Shown one piece after another: positions 37,311-49,669 of a stretch of 64,000 nucleotides of DNA. Each line of letters starts with the position of its first letter. The stretch's first letter is position 1. The stretch spans positions 104,286,001 through 104,350,000 of the forward strand of contig NC_086108.1 in NCBI RefSeq assembly GCF_963921235.1, given 5' to 3'. Origin of the DNA: Mobula hypostoma. Lineage: Eukaryota. The translations under genes and the position numbers were made by a program. Under the pieces are notes generated by a model, which was not told the DNA's origin, did no database searches, and saw only the letters and a program-made list of their open reading frames with translations.

Positions 37311-38504
37311 AAGGAAGAGTTAGTAAGAGATTTGAAAGTGGGAGGGGGAGGGGGAAGGGGAGATCCAAAATGATAGGAGAAGACAGGAGGGGGAGGGATG
37401 GAGCCAAGAGCTGGACAGGTGATTGGCAAAGGGGATATGAGAGGATCATGGGACAGGAGGCCCAGGGAGAAAGACGGGGGGGGGGAACCCAGAGGATGGG
37501 CAAGGGGTATAGTCAGAGGGACAGAGGGAGAAAAAGGAGAGTGAGAGAAAGAATGTGTGTATAAAAATAAATAACAGATGGGGTACGAGGGGGAGGTGGG
37601 GCATTTGCAGAAGTTAGAGAAGTCAATGTTCATGCCATCAGGATGGAGGCTACCCAGATGGAATATAAGGTGTTGTTCCTCCAACCTGAGTGTGGCTTCA
37701 TCTTTACAGTAGAGGAGACTGTGGATAGACATGTCAGAATGGGATGTGGAATTAATATGTGTGGCCACCGGGAGATCCTGCTTTCTCTGGCGGACAGAGC
37801 ATAGGTGTTCAGCAAAGTGGTCTCCCAATCTGCGTCGGGTCTCGCCAATATATAGAAGGCCACAACGGGAGCACCGGACACAGTATATCACCCCAGCTGA
37901 CTCACAGGTGAAGTGTCGCCTCACCTGGAAGGACTGTCTGGGGCCCTGAATGGTGGTAAGGGAGGAAGTGTAAAGGCATGTGTAGCATTTGTTCCGCTTA
38001 CAAGGATAAGTGCCAGGAGGGAGATCAGTGGGAAGGGAAGGGGGGGACGAATGGATAAGGGAGTTGCGTAGGGAACAATTCCCATTCTGACATGTCTATC
38101 CATGGCCTCCTCTACTGTAAAGATGAAGCCACACTCAGGTTGGAGGAACAACACCTTATATTCCGTCTGGGTAGCCTCCAACCTGATGGCATGAACATTG
38201 ACTTCTCTAACTTCCGCTAATGCTCCCCTCCCCCCCCCCGTATCCCATCCGTTATTTATTTTTATACACACATTATTTCTCTCACTCTCCTTTTTCTCCC
38301 TCTGTCTATACCCCTTGCCCATCTTCTGGGTCCCCCCCCCCCATTGTCTTTCTCCCTGGGCCTCCTGTCCCATGATCCTCTCGTATCCCTTTTGCCAATC
38401 ACCTGTCCAGCTCTTGGCTCCATCCCTCCCCCTCCTGTCTTCTCCTATCATTTTGGATCTCCCCCTCCCCCTCCCACTTTCAAATCTCTTACTAGCTCTT
38501 CCTT

Positions 38505-38546
38505 CAGTTAGTCCTGACGAAGGGTCTCGGCCTGAAACGTCGACTG
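38505..38546 (+). ncRNA. Minimal type I hammerhead ribozyme (intact)
   Basis: tagtc/gactg stem I, CTGACGA 38514-38520, agg/cct stem II, GAAA 38534-38537, GUC triplet ending 38541. Confidence 0.88.
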
Positions 38547-38849
38547 TACCTCTTCCTAGAGATGCTGCCTGGCCTGCTTTCTTGTATGAGTAACCTCGTT
38601 TCCTGGTTAATTAGGACTGTCAGTTCTAAGTTCTACATTGTTTTCCTGGATTCTCTACGTGAACCTTGTCTCCGTGAAAAGACTCTCCTGGATACCTATT
38701 CCATGCTCGTGACTGTGCTGACGCCTCTCGATCCTGTCTCCGTGCCTGTGTCCAGCACTTGGGTTTGCCCCGCAGCCACGTCCTTGCAACGGAACAAGCC
38801 ATCCATGGTTTAATTCTATCCTGTAAGTTGCAACTGAAATATTTGTGTG

Positions 38850-39450
38850 CAATGTGCTATGGAGTCTGAGGTTTTATAAGGCATTGGTTGGACTGCTTTT
38901 AGAGTATTGTGTGCAGTCTTGGGCTCCTTATCTGAGAAAGGATGTGCTGGTGTTGGAGAGGATCTAGAGGAGGTTCATGAGAATGATTGGGTTAATTTAT
39001 GAGGAGTATTTGATGTATCTGTGCCTGTACTCGCTGGAGTTTAGAAGAGTGGAGGGGGTGGGGTGACCTCATTGAAACCTGTTGAATATTGAAAGGCAGA
39101 GAGGAAAGGACAGAGTGGATGTGGAGGGGATGTTTCCTATAGTGGGAAAGTCTGGGACCAGAGGGCACAGACTCAGAATACAAAGATGTCCTTTTCGAAC
39201 AGAGATGATGAAGAATTTCTTTAGCCAGAGGCTGGTGAATCATTGCCACAGAGAGCTGTGGTGGGCAAATTATTGGGTACATTTAAAGCGGATGTTGATA
39301 GGTTCTTGATTAGTAAGGATGGTCAACGGTTACAGGGAGATGTAGGAGAATGGGGTTGAGAAGGATAATAAATCAGTCATGATTGCATGGAGAAGCAGAC
39401 TGGATAGGCCAAATGGTTTAATTCTGCTCCTATGTCTTAGGGTCTTATTA
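38850..39450 (+). mobile_element. Degenerate CR1 3' end
   Basis: DRVDVEGMFPIVGKSGTRGHRLRI...FFSQRLVN and CR1 tail. Confidence 0.85.
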
Positions 39451-39474
39451 TTTTTAAGATTATTGAGAATTTGC

Positions 39475-39865
39475 GACTCATATTCTGTCCAGGTAGCCTC
39501 CAGCCTGACGGCATGAACGTCAATGTCTCCACATTCCATTAATTTCTCCCCTCTTCCCCTTTTTCTTTCCATTTACTATTCTAGCTCCCTTCTCTTTTCC
39601 TCACCTTCCTATCACCTCCCCCTGCTGCTCTCCTCTCCATTCTCCTCTCCCATCAGATTCTGTTTCAGCCCTTTATCTTTTCCACCTATCACCTCCCAGC
39701 TTCTTGCTTCATCCCCCCCGCCCACTGTTCAGGGCACAAGACATCTGTAGATGCTGGGAATCCTGAGCAACAAACACAAAATGCTGGAGGAACTCAGCAG
39801 GTCAGGCAGCATCTATGGAGAGGAATAACCAGTCAATATTTTGAATGATGACTTTCACCAGGACA
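39475..39865. mobile_element. Old PLE fragments in opposite orientations
   Basis: Plus-strand 'gtagcctccagcctgacggcatgaac' and UTR, then minus-strand tail with decayed hammerhead. Confidence 0.6.
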
Positions 39866-40029
39866 GTTCAGGGGCAATGACAGAGTTAGAATCAGGTTTA
39901 TTAATCCTGACATAGGTCATGAAATTACTTGTTTTGCAGCAGCAGTATAATGCAATACATAAAATACACTATAAATTTGAATAGGAAATAATAATTAAAA
40001 TAATCTGTGTTATAATGTAGTAAGTACTA

Positions 40030-42300
40030 TTTGTACCTGTGCCATGCACCAGTGAGGGTAGAAACAGGATGACTTGGCAGATAAATGTGTGGCTGAGAGG
40101 CTGGTGCATGGGACAGGGCTTCAGGTTCTTGGATCATTGGGATCTCTTCTGGGGCAGGTATGATCTGTACAAAAGGGATAGGATGCACAACACTATGACA
40201 GAAACAGAGGCATCAGAGGGGCAACATTTTCAGACAGAGGGTGTTTGGAATGTAGAACGAGCAGCCAAAGCAAGTGGTTGAGGCAGGTACAATAGTATCA
40301 TTTAAGCAGCATATAGTCGGATGGGGCGTAGTGGGATATGGAGCAAATGCAGGAAATTGGACGTAACCACGTGGACACCGTGGTCGGCATGGACTCGTTG
40401 GGATGAAGGGGCTATATCCAGGCTGTATTGCTCTACAATCTTTAAACATTCTCTCCTGCCCTATCCCCACATCTTTCAGGACCTGAGGGGGCGAGGGAGC
40501 AGCCAGATGTCTTGGATGATCTGGCAGATAAATGTGCGGCCGAGAAGCTGGTTAGGAGGGAAAAGATGAAATATGAAAGCAAGCTAGCAAACAATATCAA
40601 AATGGATAGTAAAAGCCTTTACAAGTATGTAAAAAAAAAAGAGATGAGAGTGAATATAGGATTGTTATAAAATGAGGCCAGAGAAATAATAATGAGGGCT
40701 AAGGAGATGGCAGATGAACTAAATGAGTAATTTGCATCAGTCTTCACTTTGGAAAGCACTAGCAGTATGCCTGATGTTGAAGGGTTCTGAAAGAGGTAGT
40801 GGTAGAGATTGTGGAGGCATTAGTAATGATCTTTCAAAAATCATATGACTCTGGCATGATGCCAGAGGACTGCGAAACTGCAAATATCACTCCGCTCTTT
40901 AAGAAAGGAGGAAGGCAGCAGAAAGGAAATTATAGACCAGTTAGTCTGACCTCAGTGGCTGGAAAGATGTTGGAGTCATTTGTTAAGGATGAGGTTATGG
41001 AATACTTGGTGACACAGGACAAGATAGGACAAAGTCAGCATGGATTTTTTTTTTAAGGGAAAATCTTGCCTGACGAACTTGTTGGAATTCTTTGAGGAGA
41101 TTACAAGTAGTATAGGTAAAGGGGATGCAGTGGGTGTTGTATATTTGGACTTCCAGAAAGTCTTTGACAAGGTGTCACATATGAGGCTGCTTACCAAGTT
41201 AAGAGCCCATGATATTACTGGAAGGTTACTGGCATGGTTAGAGCATTGGCTGATTGGTAGGCGACAGTGAGTGGGAATAAAAGGATCCTTTTCTGGTTGG
41301 CTGCCAGTGACTAGTGGTGTTCAGCAGGGGCTGGTGTTGGGACCACTTCTTTTTGTGCTGTATATGATGGCTTTGTTGCCAAGTTTTCAGATGATACAAA
41401 GATTTGTGGAGGAGCAGGTAGTGTTGAGGAAACAGGTAGGCTGCAGAAGGACTTAGACAGTTTAGGAGAATGAGCAAGAGAGTTGCAAATGAAATACAAT
41501 GTTGGAAAATGCATGGTCATGCACTTTGGTAGTAGAAATAAATGTGTAGACTATTTTCTAAAAGGGGAAAAATCCAAAACTCTGAGGTGCAAAGGGACTT
41601 GGGAGTCCTTGTGCAGAACACCCTAAAGGTTAACTTGCAGGTAGAGTCGGTGGTGAGGAAGGCAAATGGTTTCATTTTCAGAGGTCTGGAACAGAAGAGC
41701 AGGGATGTGATGCTGAAAATTTATAAGGCACTGGTGAGACCTCATCTTGAGTATTGTGAACAGTTTTGGGCTCCTCATTTAAGAAAAGATGCTGACATTG
41801 GGGAGGGTTCAGAGGAGGTTCACAAGGATGATTCTGGGAATGAAAGGGTTATCATACAAGGAACGTTTGATAGCTCTGGGTCTGTACTCGCTGGAATTTA
41901 GAAGGTGGGGGGGGGGATCTCATTGAAACCTTTCAAATGTTGAAAAATCTAGACAGAGTAGATGTAGAAAGAATGTTTCCCATGGTGGGGGAGACTAGGA
42001 CAAGAGGGCGCAACCTCAGTATAGAGGAGCATCCATTTGAAAAAGAGATGCGGAGAAATTTCTTCATCCAGAGCGTGGTGAATTTGTTACCAAAGGCAGA
42101 TGTGGAGGCCAGGTCGTTGGGTGTATTTAAGGCAGAGATAGATAGGTTCTTGATTGGCCACGGCATCAGAGGTTATGGGGAGAAGGCTGGGGAGTGGGAC
42201 TGAAGAGGGGATTCAATCAGCCATGATGGAATGGCAGAGCAGACTCAATGTGCCAAATGGCCGAATTCTGATCCTATGTCTTCTGGTCTTATGGTCTTGT
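40030..42300 (+). mobile_element. CR1 remnants (ORF1 esterase piece, RT through 3' tail)
   Basis: GFRFLDHWDLFWGRYDLYKRD; GNYRPVSLTS; GKSCLTNLLEFFEE; tail 'tcttatggtctt'. Confidence 0.88.
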
Positions 42301-43209
42301 ATCAATCATGCCTATGTAGAGGGAATGAATAAGCTGATTGTGGTTCATCTTGGAAAAAGTTCATATTCCAATTTGTTTCAAAGTACACCGCCCTTATGAA
42401 TCTTCCCTTTACAGACCTTAATTTAAAAACATGTCATGAATTCCATTGCGTTCTTTGGTTGGAACACTTCTCCAACACAACAAAAATTCAGAAGAGAAAA
42501 TGCTGGAAATAGACTCTGGGTAGGGCTGTGGATAAAGAGACAGGATTAGGGTAGAGAAGGCTGATGTCCTTTCATTGGGAACATCCTGGGGAAAGGGTAT
42601 TGGTCTGAGATGTTAAATTTGTTTCGTTTCTACAGATGATTTGTTGGTTACTGCCAGCTCAAGCTTAAGTTTATGGTCATTCAATCATACACATGTATAC
42701 AGCTAAATGAAATATTGTTCCTCTGGGGCCAAGGTGCAAAACAGTGTATATAGTTATGATCCAGCACCCATACAGACACAAAATAGTATTAGCACAAGTC
42801 CCTGAGTGGCAAGGCTGACATGAAGTGTGAGGTGCATGTTTATGTAAGACAGGATAATGACACTATTTTAATAAAACAAACAGTCACATAACTATGTGAA
42901 ACAGCAGCAATAAAAGATGAAAAGTGTCAAGTGCATGATGAGAGTGTGTCTGGGAGTTGGGGTGTGAGGGTGGGGGGCAGCAGGGGATTCAATGGATAGT
43001 GAGACACGCTGAAAACATCTTTGGGGTCTCTCTCCCCATTTCAAGACATGTATCAGGAACCGTGCATACGGAGTGTCTCCAAAATTGTCAAATACCCCTT
43101 TCTTCCTTCCCACAATCCCTTTTACCACTTCACACACCTTTTGAAAAAATAACAGAAGGATTTTGGGAATGTGAGCTCAATGGGATTAGTGTGGGATATG
43201 TATTGGAAT

Positions 43210-44623
43210 CATCATCATCAGGTGCTGTGCCCAGTTTGAGCTTTGACTGCCATGGCCCACACACTCCTGTTTCGGGTCAAGTGGATCAATTCATGGGTAT
43301 TCATTTCCAGTTCTCTGGCTGCTGTCTCCATCATCATTTGTCTTTGTCTTCCTCTTGCTTTCTTCCCTTCAATCTTTCCCAAAATTACCATGCATTCTAA
43401 CTCCTCTTTCCTAATCACATATCCAATGCAGTTACATTTCCTTTTCATGATCTCATACATTATTTCTCTTTTTGTGTTTGCTCTATTCATGACATCCTCA
43501 TTAGATATTTGTTTCGTCCATGATATTCTTTGCATCCTCCTCAAAAACCACATCTCTGCTGCTTCAATTCGTTTCCTCATGTTACTAGATATTGTCCAAC
43601 ATTCTGAACCATATAACATAACTGGATAAACATAACGTTTCAGTACTCTGAGGCAGGTTGTCATGCCTAGTTTGGTATTGGTCAGTATACTCTTTATTCT
43701 CGTAAAGGTGTCTTTCGCCTTCCCTATTCTTCTTTTGATGTCCATGTCGCACCTGCCATCTGATGTCACCCAGCTTTCTAAGTAGCAAAAGTTCTGTACT
43801 TATGTTTTTTTAAAAGTCTGTCACAAGCCTTGTGACCCATCAGGTCGGTGCTTATGCCGATTTCCGTGGCGTGAAGTGACTGAGAGTACGAGACTCTCCC
43901 CCCGGATAGGATGCCAGTCTATTGCAAGGTTAACCCCCAGCATTTTTTGCCGGTACCCATTCTCAGCTGGGTAGACTGTCTTCCCCGTTTATTCTCAGCC
44001 TGAAGATAGGATTCTCCTTCTTTTTGGATATCACCATACATTCTGTCTTTTTGCAATTGATAGACAGACCCATTTTTTGCACTTTCTTCAACAATTATAT
44101 CAATTAAGTTTTGTAGTTCTTCCTCCGTACTTGCAATTAACACAGCGTCATCCGCATATCTGAAATTATTGATGTTTTCACCTCCAACTTTGATTCCCAA
44201 GATGTCTCTTATTTTTTTGTAATATTACTTCACTGTACATATTAAATAAATCGGGGAGAAAACACATCCTTGTCTAACGCCTTTCTTGATTTTCGTAAAC
44301 TGACTCACTTCTCCATCTATTCTTACAGTGGCAGTTTGTTCCCAGTACAGATTTCTGATTAGGCAGAGGTCTTTCGAATCTAGGTCTGGAGTTTCCTGTA
44401 ATATTTCAAATAACTTGTTGTGCTTCACTTTATCAAATGCTTTTGTGTAGTCGATAAAACAAATAAACAAATCTTTTTGCACTTGGATAGCTCGTTCTGA
44501 TAGTATCCTTAACATCAATATTGTGTTTCTTGTACCTTTGTCTTTCACAAAATCACATTGTTCTTTACCTATTTCAGCTTGTATCTTACTTTTAGCTCTT
44601 GCTATCAAAATCTTAGAAGTATC
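43210..44623 (-). mobile_element. RTE-clade (BovB-like) LINE, 5'-truncated
   Basis: TSD TTGGAAT (43203-43209, 44624-44630); FIDYTKAFDKV, GVRQGCV, YADD; (GAT)n tail. Confidence 0.92.
43806..43978 (-). mobile_element. 5'-truncated SINE (conserved central domain plus A tail) inside the RTE
   Basis: Interrupts the RTE relative to 26700-26740; minus strand 'aatgggtaccggc...ttgcaatagactggcatcctatccgggggg...cacttcacgccacggaaatcgg'. Confidence 0.65.
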
Positions 44624-45736
44624 TTGGAATACAGGGCTATAAATCACTGAAAATAGTTGGACATTAATGTTAATGCTAGGAATGTTTCGTTTCAGCTAGT
44701 GTGCATCCTCTCATAAATCAATGCATTCTACATTTGAGGATTAACTGCAAACAACTGCCAAGAGTCTGATGGAATTATTTTCCATTACCCTTCCTTGCTT
44801 TAATATTAGCTGGCAAAGCTGAAGCCAGATGCTAAAGAGAAAGGCATTATTATTCTCGAGTCCTCCACAAAGGAGTAGAAGTTCAGTCTCTTCTGCTTTG
44901 GTCTGTCCGGTCTGATGCGACAGGTGAACAGTGGCGCATACTCTAATCGGTTGCATCACTGCCTCGTATGGAAACAACAATATCCGGGAGCAGATAAAGT
45001 CTACAGGAAGTGGTGGATACAGCCTAGTCCACATCAGTCAAAGCTCTCCTCAACATTGAGCACATCTACAAGGAGCCCAGACACAAGAAAGCAGCATCCA
45101 TCAAGGACCCCACCATCGAGGCCATGCTCTCTTCTCACTACTATAATCACGTAGGATCTACAGAACGCTAAGGTTCCACACCACCAAGTTCAGGAACAGT
45201 GATTACCCCTCAACCATCAGGCTCCTAAACCAGCGTGGATAACTTCATTCACCTCAACTTTGAATGGATTTCACCTCCAAGGCACTCACTTTTATGAACT
45301 CTACAACTCATATTCTCAGTATTATTTATTTTAAAAAAAATGTATTTTGTCTTTTGTACACTGGATGTTTGTCAGTCTGTTGTTTGTAGTTTTTCATAAA
45401 TTCTATTGTATGTACTGTATTTATTTTCCTGTAAATGCCTGCAAAAGGACGGGGGAGAGGGCAGGAGAATGGGATTGAGAGGGATAGTAAATCAGCCATG
45501 ACACTATGGTGGAACAGACCTGATGGCCCGAATGGCTTAATTTGCTCCTGCGTCTTATGGTTTTTTGATCATATAATCTTTTTATCGTTTTTTCATAAAT
45601 TTTATTGTATTTTCTGGTAAATGCCTGCAAAAAAATGAATCTCAAGGTAGGATGTGGTGACATATAACTTACACTGGTTTTGGCTTTGATTTGTACCTCT
45701 ATTTACATAATGGCTTGTAAAACATCCAACTGCTAA

Positions 45737-46479
45737 TGTGATGGGTGATTGATAAGTTCGTGGCTTAAGGTAGAAGGAGTCAATTTCAGAAAACCTAGCA
45801 CGGACGGGTCTCAGCCTGAAACGTCGACTGTATCTCTTCCTAGAGGTGCTGCCTGGTCTGCTGCGTTCACCAGCAACTTTGAGTGTTGCTTGAATTTCCA
45901 GCATCTGCAGAATTCCTGTTGTTTACATTTATTTTTCCTACGTTTAAACATAGTCCAGCGGGCGTGGAGCATACGGATCCCTTCTTTGTAGAAGTCGGCA
46001 TCTTGGACCTCCAGAAGTGGTCCACAGCAGGGGTGGTTGATAAGTTCGTGGCCCAAAGTAGAAGAAGATGAGGAGAAACTTCAAACTTTCTGCATTTTCA
46101 CTCAGAGTTGAGCTGCACATGCATGTAAAGAGAACTGTATAACTCACCTCCCTCTACCTTAGGCCATGAACTTATCAATCACCCCTGCTGTGGACCACCT
46201 GGAAGCCCAAGATGCTCTCGTTACATGCATGTACAGTTCAACTCTGAGTGATAATGCAGAAAGTTTGAAGTTAATAACTCATCTCCTTCTACCTTGGGCC
46301 ATGGACTTATTAATCACCCCTGCTGTGAACCATTTCTACAAAAGGGATCCGTATGCTCCACGACCACTGGACTAAGTGTGTACATGTAGGAAGGGACTAT
46401 GTTGAAAAATAAATGTGCTATGTTTTCTAAAATTGACGCCTCCTACCTCGGGCCACAAACTTATCAATCACCCTTTGTA
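45737..46479. mobile_element. Mariner-derived palindromic non-autonomous element
   Basis: TIR gggtgattgataagttcgtggc; transposase C-terminus IRMLHDHWTKCVHVGRDYVEK* on plus and FYKEGIRMLHARWT on minus. Confidence 0.85.
45802..45924 (+). mobile_element. PLE terminal fragment inserted in the mariner element
   Basis: gggtctcagcctgaaacgtcgactgt...gaattcctgttgttt; hammerhead truncated at its 5' side. Confidence 0.85.
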
Positions 46480-47055
46480 AACTGGGATTTTCACGCACAT
46501 CAGTCTCTAGAGTTTACAGAGAATGGTGCAAAGAACAAAAAAAAGCATTCGGTGAGCAGCAGTTCTGTGGGGGAAAACATCTTGTGAATGAGAGAGGGCA
46601 GAGGAGAATATACTGGTTCAAGCTGACAGAAAGGCAACTGTAACTTAAATACCCATGTTATTTAATAGTTTCATGATACTGCATGTGGTTCATATTATAC
46701 AACAGCAGTGCTTGAAACTTCTGTATAATCAAAAGACCATAAGACATAGGAGCAGAATTAGGTCATTCAGCCCATCAAGTCGTCTTCACCATTCTATCAT
46801 GGCTGATTTATTTTCCTTCTCAACATCATTTTCCTGTTTTCTCCCAATATACCCAATTATCTGGCCTCCACAACCGCCTGTGGCAATGAATTCCTCAGAT
46901 TCACTGCCCTCTAGCTAAAGAAATTCCTCTTCTCTGAGACTGTGCACCTTGGTCCTAGACTCCCCCCACTATTGGAAACATTCTCCCCACCTCCACTCTA
47001 TCAAGTCCTAACAACATTAGGTAGGCATCAAAGAGATCCTCCCTCCTCTCATTTT

Positions 47056-48536
47056 TTTTGTAATTTTTTTTTGAATTTCATCAAACAAACATTTCCATAA
47101 GATGTATTTCAGATACTGTACATATGTCATATAATCATATTTGTCACAAATCTTCACATAATATTTATCTGAGGTATACACTTGTAGAAAGGAGAGGAAA
47201 GAGAACAGTCGAAAGAAGAAAACTATGTACAGAGTAGGGAGTGATTTTTTTTTACAACATATTCATTGACTTGTGAGAATAAAATCAGGCCTATGAGGTG
47301 CTATGTAGATAAACCATTTTTTCCAGTGTGAATAAAATTGTTCCAACTTGTGATTAACAGATACTGTTATCTTCTCCATTTTGTAAATGTCCATTGTAAT
47401 TTCCATCCATCCATTTAAAGTTGGGCTCTCCTGTGTAACCATTTCCTGGTAAGGGTCTTTTTACCAGCCACCAGCAGTACATTCATTAAATATTTATCTC
47501 TTTTCAACCATTCTTGAGGTATATACCCAAACTATATGGCCTTACTCTCTAAGGGTATTTCACATTTAAAGATGTCTTGTAGGGTATTATGTATCCCACT
47601 CCAATAGTCTTTTGATAACGGGGCATTCCCTGAAAATATGATAACGGTTTGCATTTTGATTTCCACGATTTCTCCAGCAAACATGGGGGTTACTATCATA
47701 ATGGGATTTCTGAGAGGGTGTAATAAAATATCTTACAAAAGTTTTTCTATCTGAACTCCCTCCATTTCTGTGAACTGGCACACTTCCATTGATACCTCCA
47801 TCTTATTGTCTAGTCTTCCTCAGATATTATCCCTCCTTCTTTCTCCCATTTTGTTTTAATGTATTAAGTCGAATGTGTTTTAAGATTTGACAAACCCTTA
47901 TACTGTACAGACTTGAAATTATTCTACTACCGTTGTCTGAACTATATGCTTTTCTAAATAGCTCTATCAGACATGTACTCGCCTTGGTTACATTGTTAAT
48001 CGTCCTCTTAACATACTGTCGCATTTGTAAATACCGGTAAAAGTCTTGTTTTTCTAATAAGTGTTTCTCTTCGAGCATTTCAAAACTGAACAGTGTTCCT
48101 TCTTTCATTATATTGCAAAGAATTGTTATTCCTTTAGCTGTCCAGTCCTTAAATCTAGCATCTAGTTTATTCGGCGTAAAATCCGAGTCACATGCACACC
48201 ATTTAAGAATTGCAATGTGTCTCTCTAGTTTATAGTTTTCCATATTTTAAGAGTCCATTTCACCCACGGGTTGTCAATGTTATTTATATAACTTTGTAGG
48301 TTGTTATCAGCCAAAATTGCCTGCATGGGGATGGAAAGTATCCTCTCCTCAATGTTTTTCCATTGAGTGTCATATGATGGGTTGCACCAGCATATCACAG
48401 CTCTCAACTGTGCTGCAAAATAGTAATCTCTAAGAGAAGGTAGGCCCCGTCCCCCCTTTTCCTTGGCTAATTGCAGGAAGTTTTGAGATGAACACTAGGC
48501 CTTTTACCTTGCCAAATATATCTTGATAGCATCTTG
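47056..48536 (-). mobile_element. 5'-truncated L1/Tx1-clade LINE (degenerate), inserted in a CR1
   Basis: 15-bp TSD CCCTCCTCTCATTTT (47041-47055, 48537-48551); CWRN...HIFRECP; DFYRYLQMRQYV; poly(T) on the plus strand. Confidence 0.9.
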
Positions 48537-49669
48537 CCCTCCTCTCATTTTCCTAAACTGCAGTGAGGACAGGCCCAGAACCATCAACTGCTTCTCATAT
48601 GTTAACCCTTTTATTCCCAGGATTATTCTTGTAAACCTCCTCTGCACCCTTACTTGGATGTGGAGCCAAAAGGGTAGTGAATCTCTGGAATTCGTAGTAT
48701 CTGTGGGTAGTGGAGTACAGATCACTAGATGTTTTTCAAGTGGAAAGAGTAAGTATTTGAAAGACTGAGAAATTGAATGTAATGGGGAACTGACACAGAA
48801 GTGGAGTTGAGTCCAAGATAGATCAGCCACAATCACATTGAATGGTGAGACAGGATTGAGGGGTGGAATGACCTACTCTTACCCCCTACCAGGCAAGTTG
48901 ATGAGATAGTAAAGAAGGTGTATGGCCTGATTGCCTTCACTATGCAGGGTAATGAAGTGATGTCACACCTGTATAGATTCATAGTGATGGAGAAGTATCA
49001 TCTTTACTTATCTTTGGCTCACCCTTTGGCTCATCTAATCCACCCTGAACCATTTAAACTCCCCACTCCCATCGACCTGGACCAAGGCCCCCACCATCCA
49101 TGTACCTATCCAAACTTCTCTTAAATATTGAAATCGAGTTTGCATGCATCATTTGCGCTGGCAGCTCAACACCCTCTGAGTGAAGCAGTTTCCCCTCAAA
49201 TTCCCCTTAAACTTTCCTGAAATCATCATTGTGAACCTCCTCTGGACCCTCTCCAATACCAGCACATCTTTTCTAAGATGAAGGGCCCAAAGCTGTTCAC
49301 AATACTCATGGAGAGGCCTCACCAGTGCCTTTTAAAGCCTCAGCATCACATCTTTGCTGTTGTATTCTAGACCTCTTGAAATGAATGCTAACATTGCATT
49401 TGTCTTTCTCACCACTGACTCAACCTGCAAGTTAACCTTTAGGGTGTTCTGCACAAGTTAACCTTTAGGGTCAGATTTTTGGATTTTCTCTCCATTTAGA
49501 AAATATTCTGTACATTTATTTCTTCTACCAAAGTGCATGACCATGTATTTTCCAACATTGTATTTCATTTGCCACCTTTTTGCCCATTCTCCTAATCTGT
49601 CTAAATTCTTCTGCATCCTACCTGTTACCCCAAATTAGGTCTCATCAATATTTATACAACTTCAATATA

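Larger units (their letters stand above)
37176..38579. mobile_element. Penelope-like element with inverted arms, inserted in the Gypsy LTR
   Basis: 15-bp TSD TCTTGTATGAGTAAC (37161-37175, 38580-38594); GIY-YIG ORF in 37304-37924 (minus); arm 38079-38578 is the inverse of about 37240-37745. Confidence 0.93.
36235..38791 (+). mobile_element. Chromoviral Gypsy (Sushi-like) remnant: LTR-like head, integrase GPY/F and chromodomain, PPT, LTR
   Basis: 5-bp TSD GAACA (36230-36234, 38792-38796); [13 protein letters not shown]...[29 protein letters not shown]-rich PPT at about 36988-37000 then TGTCATGG. Confidence 0.88.
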
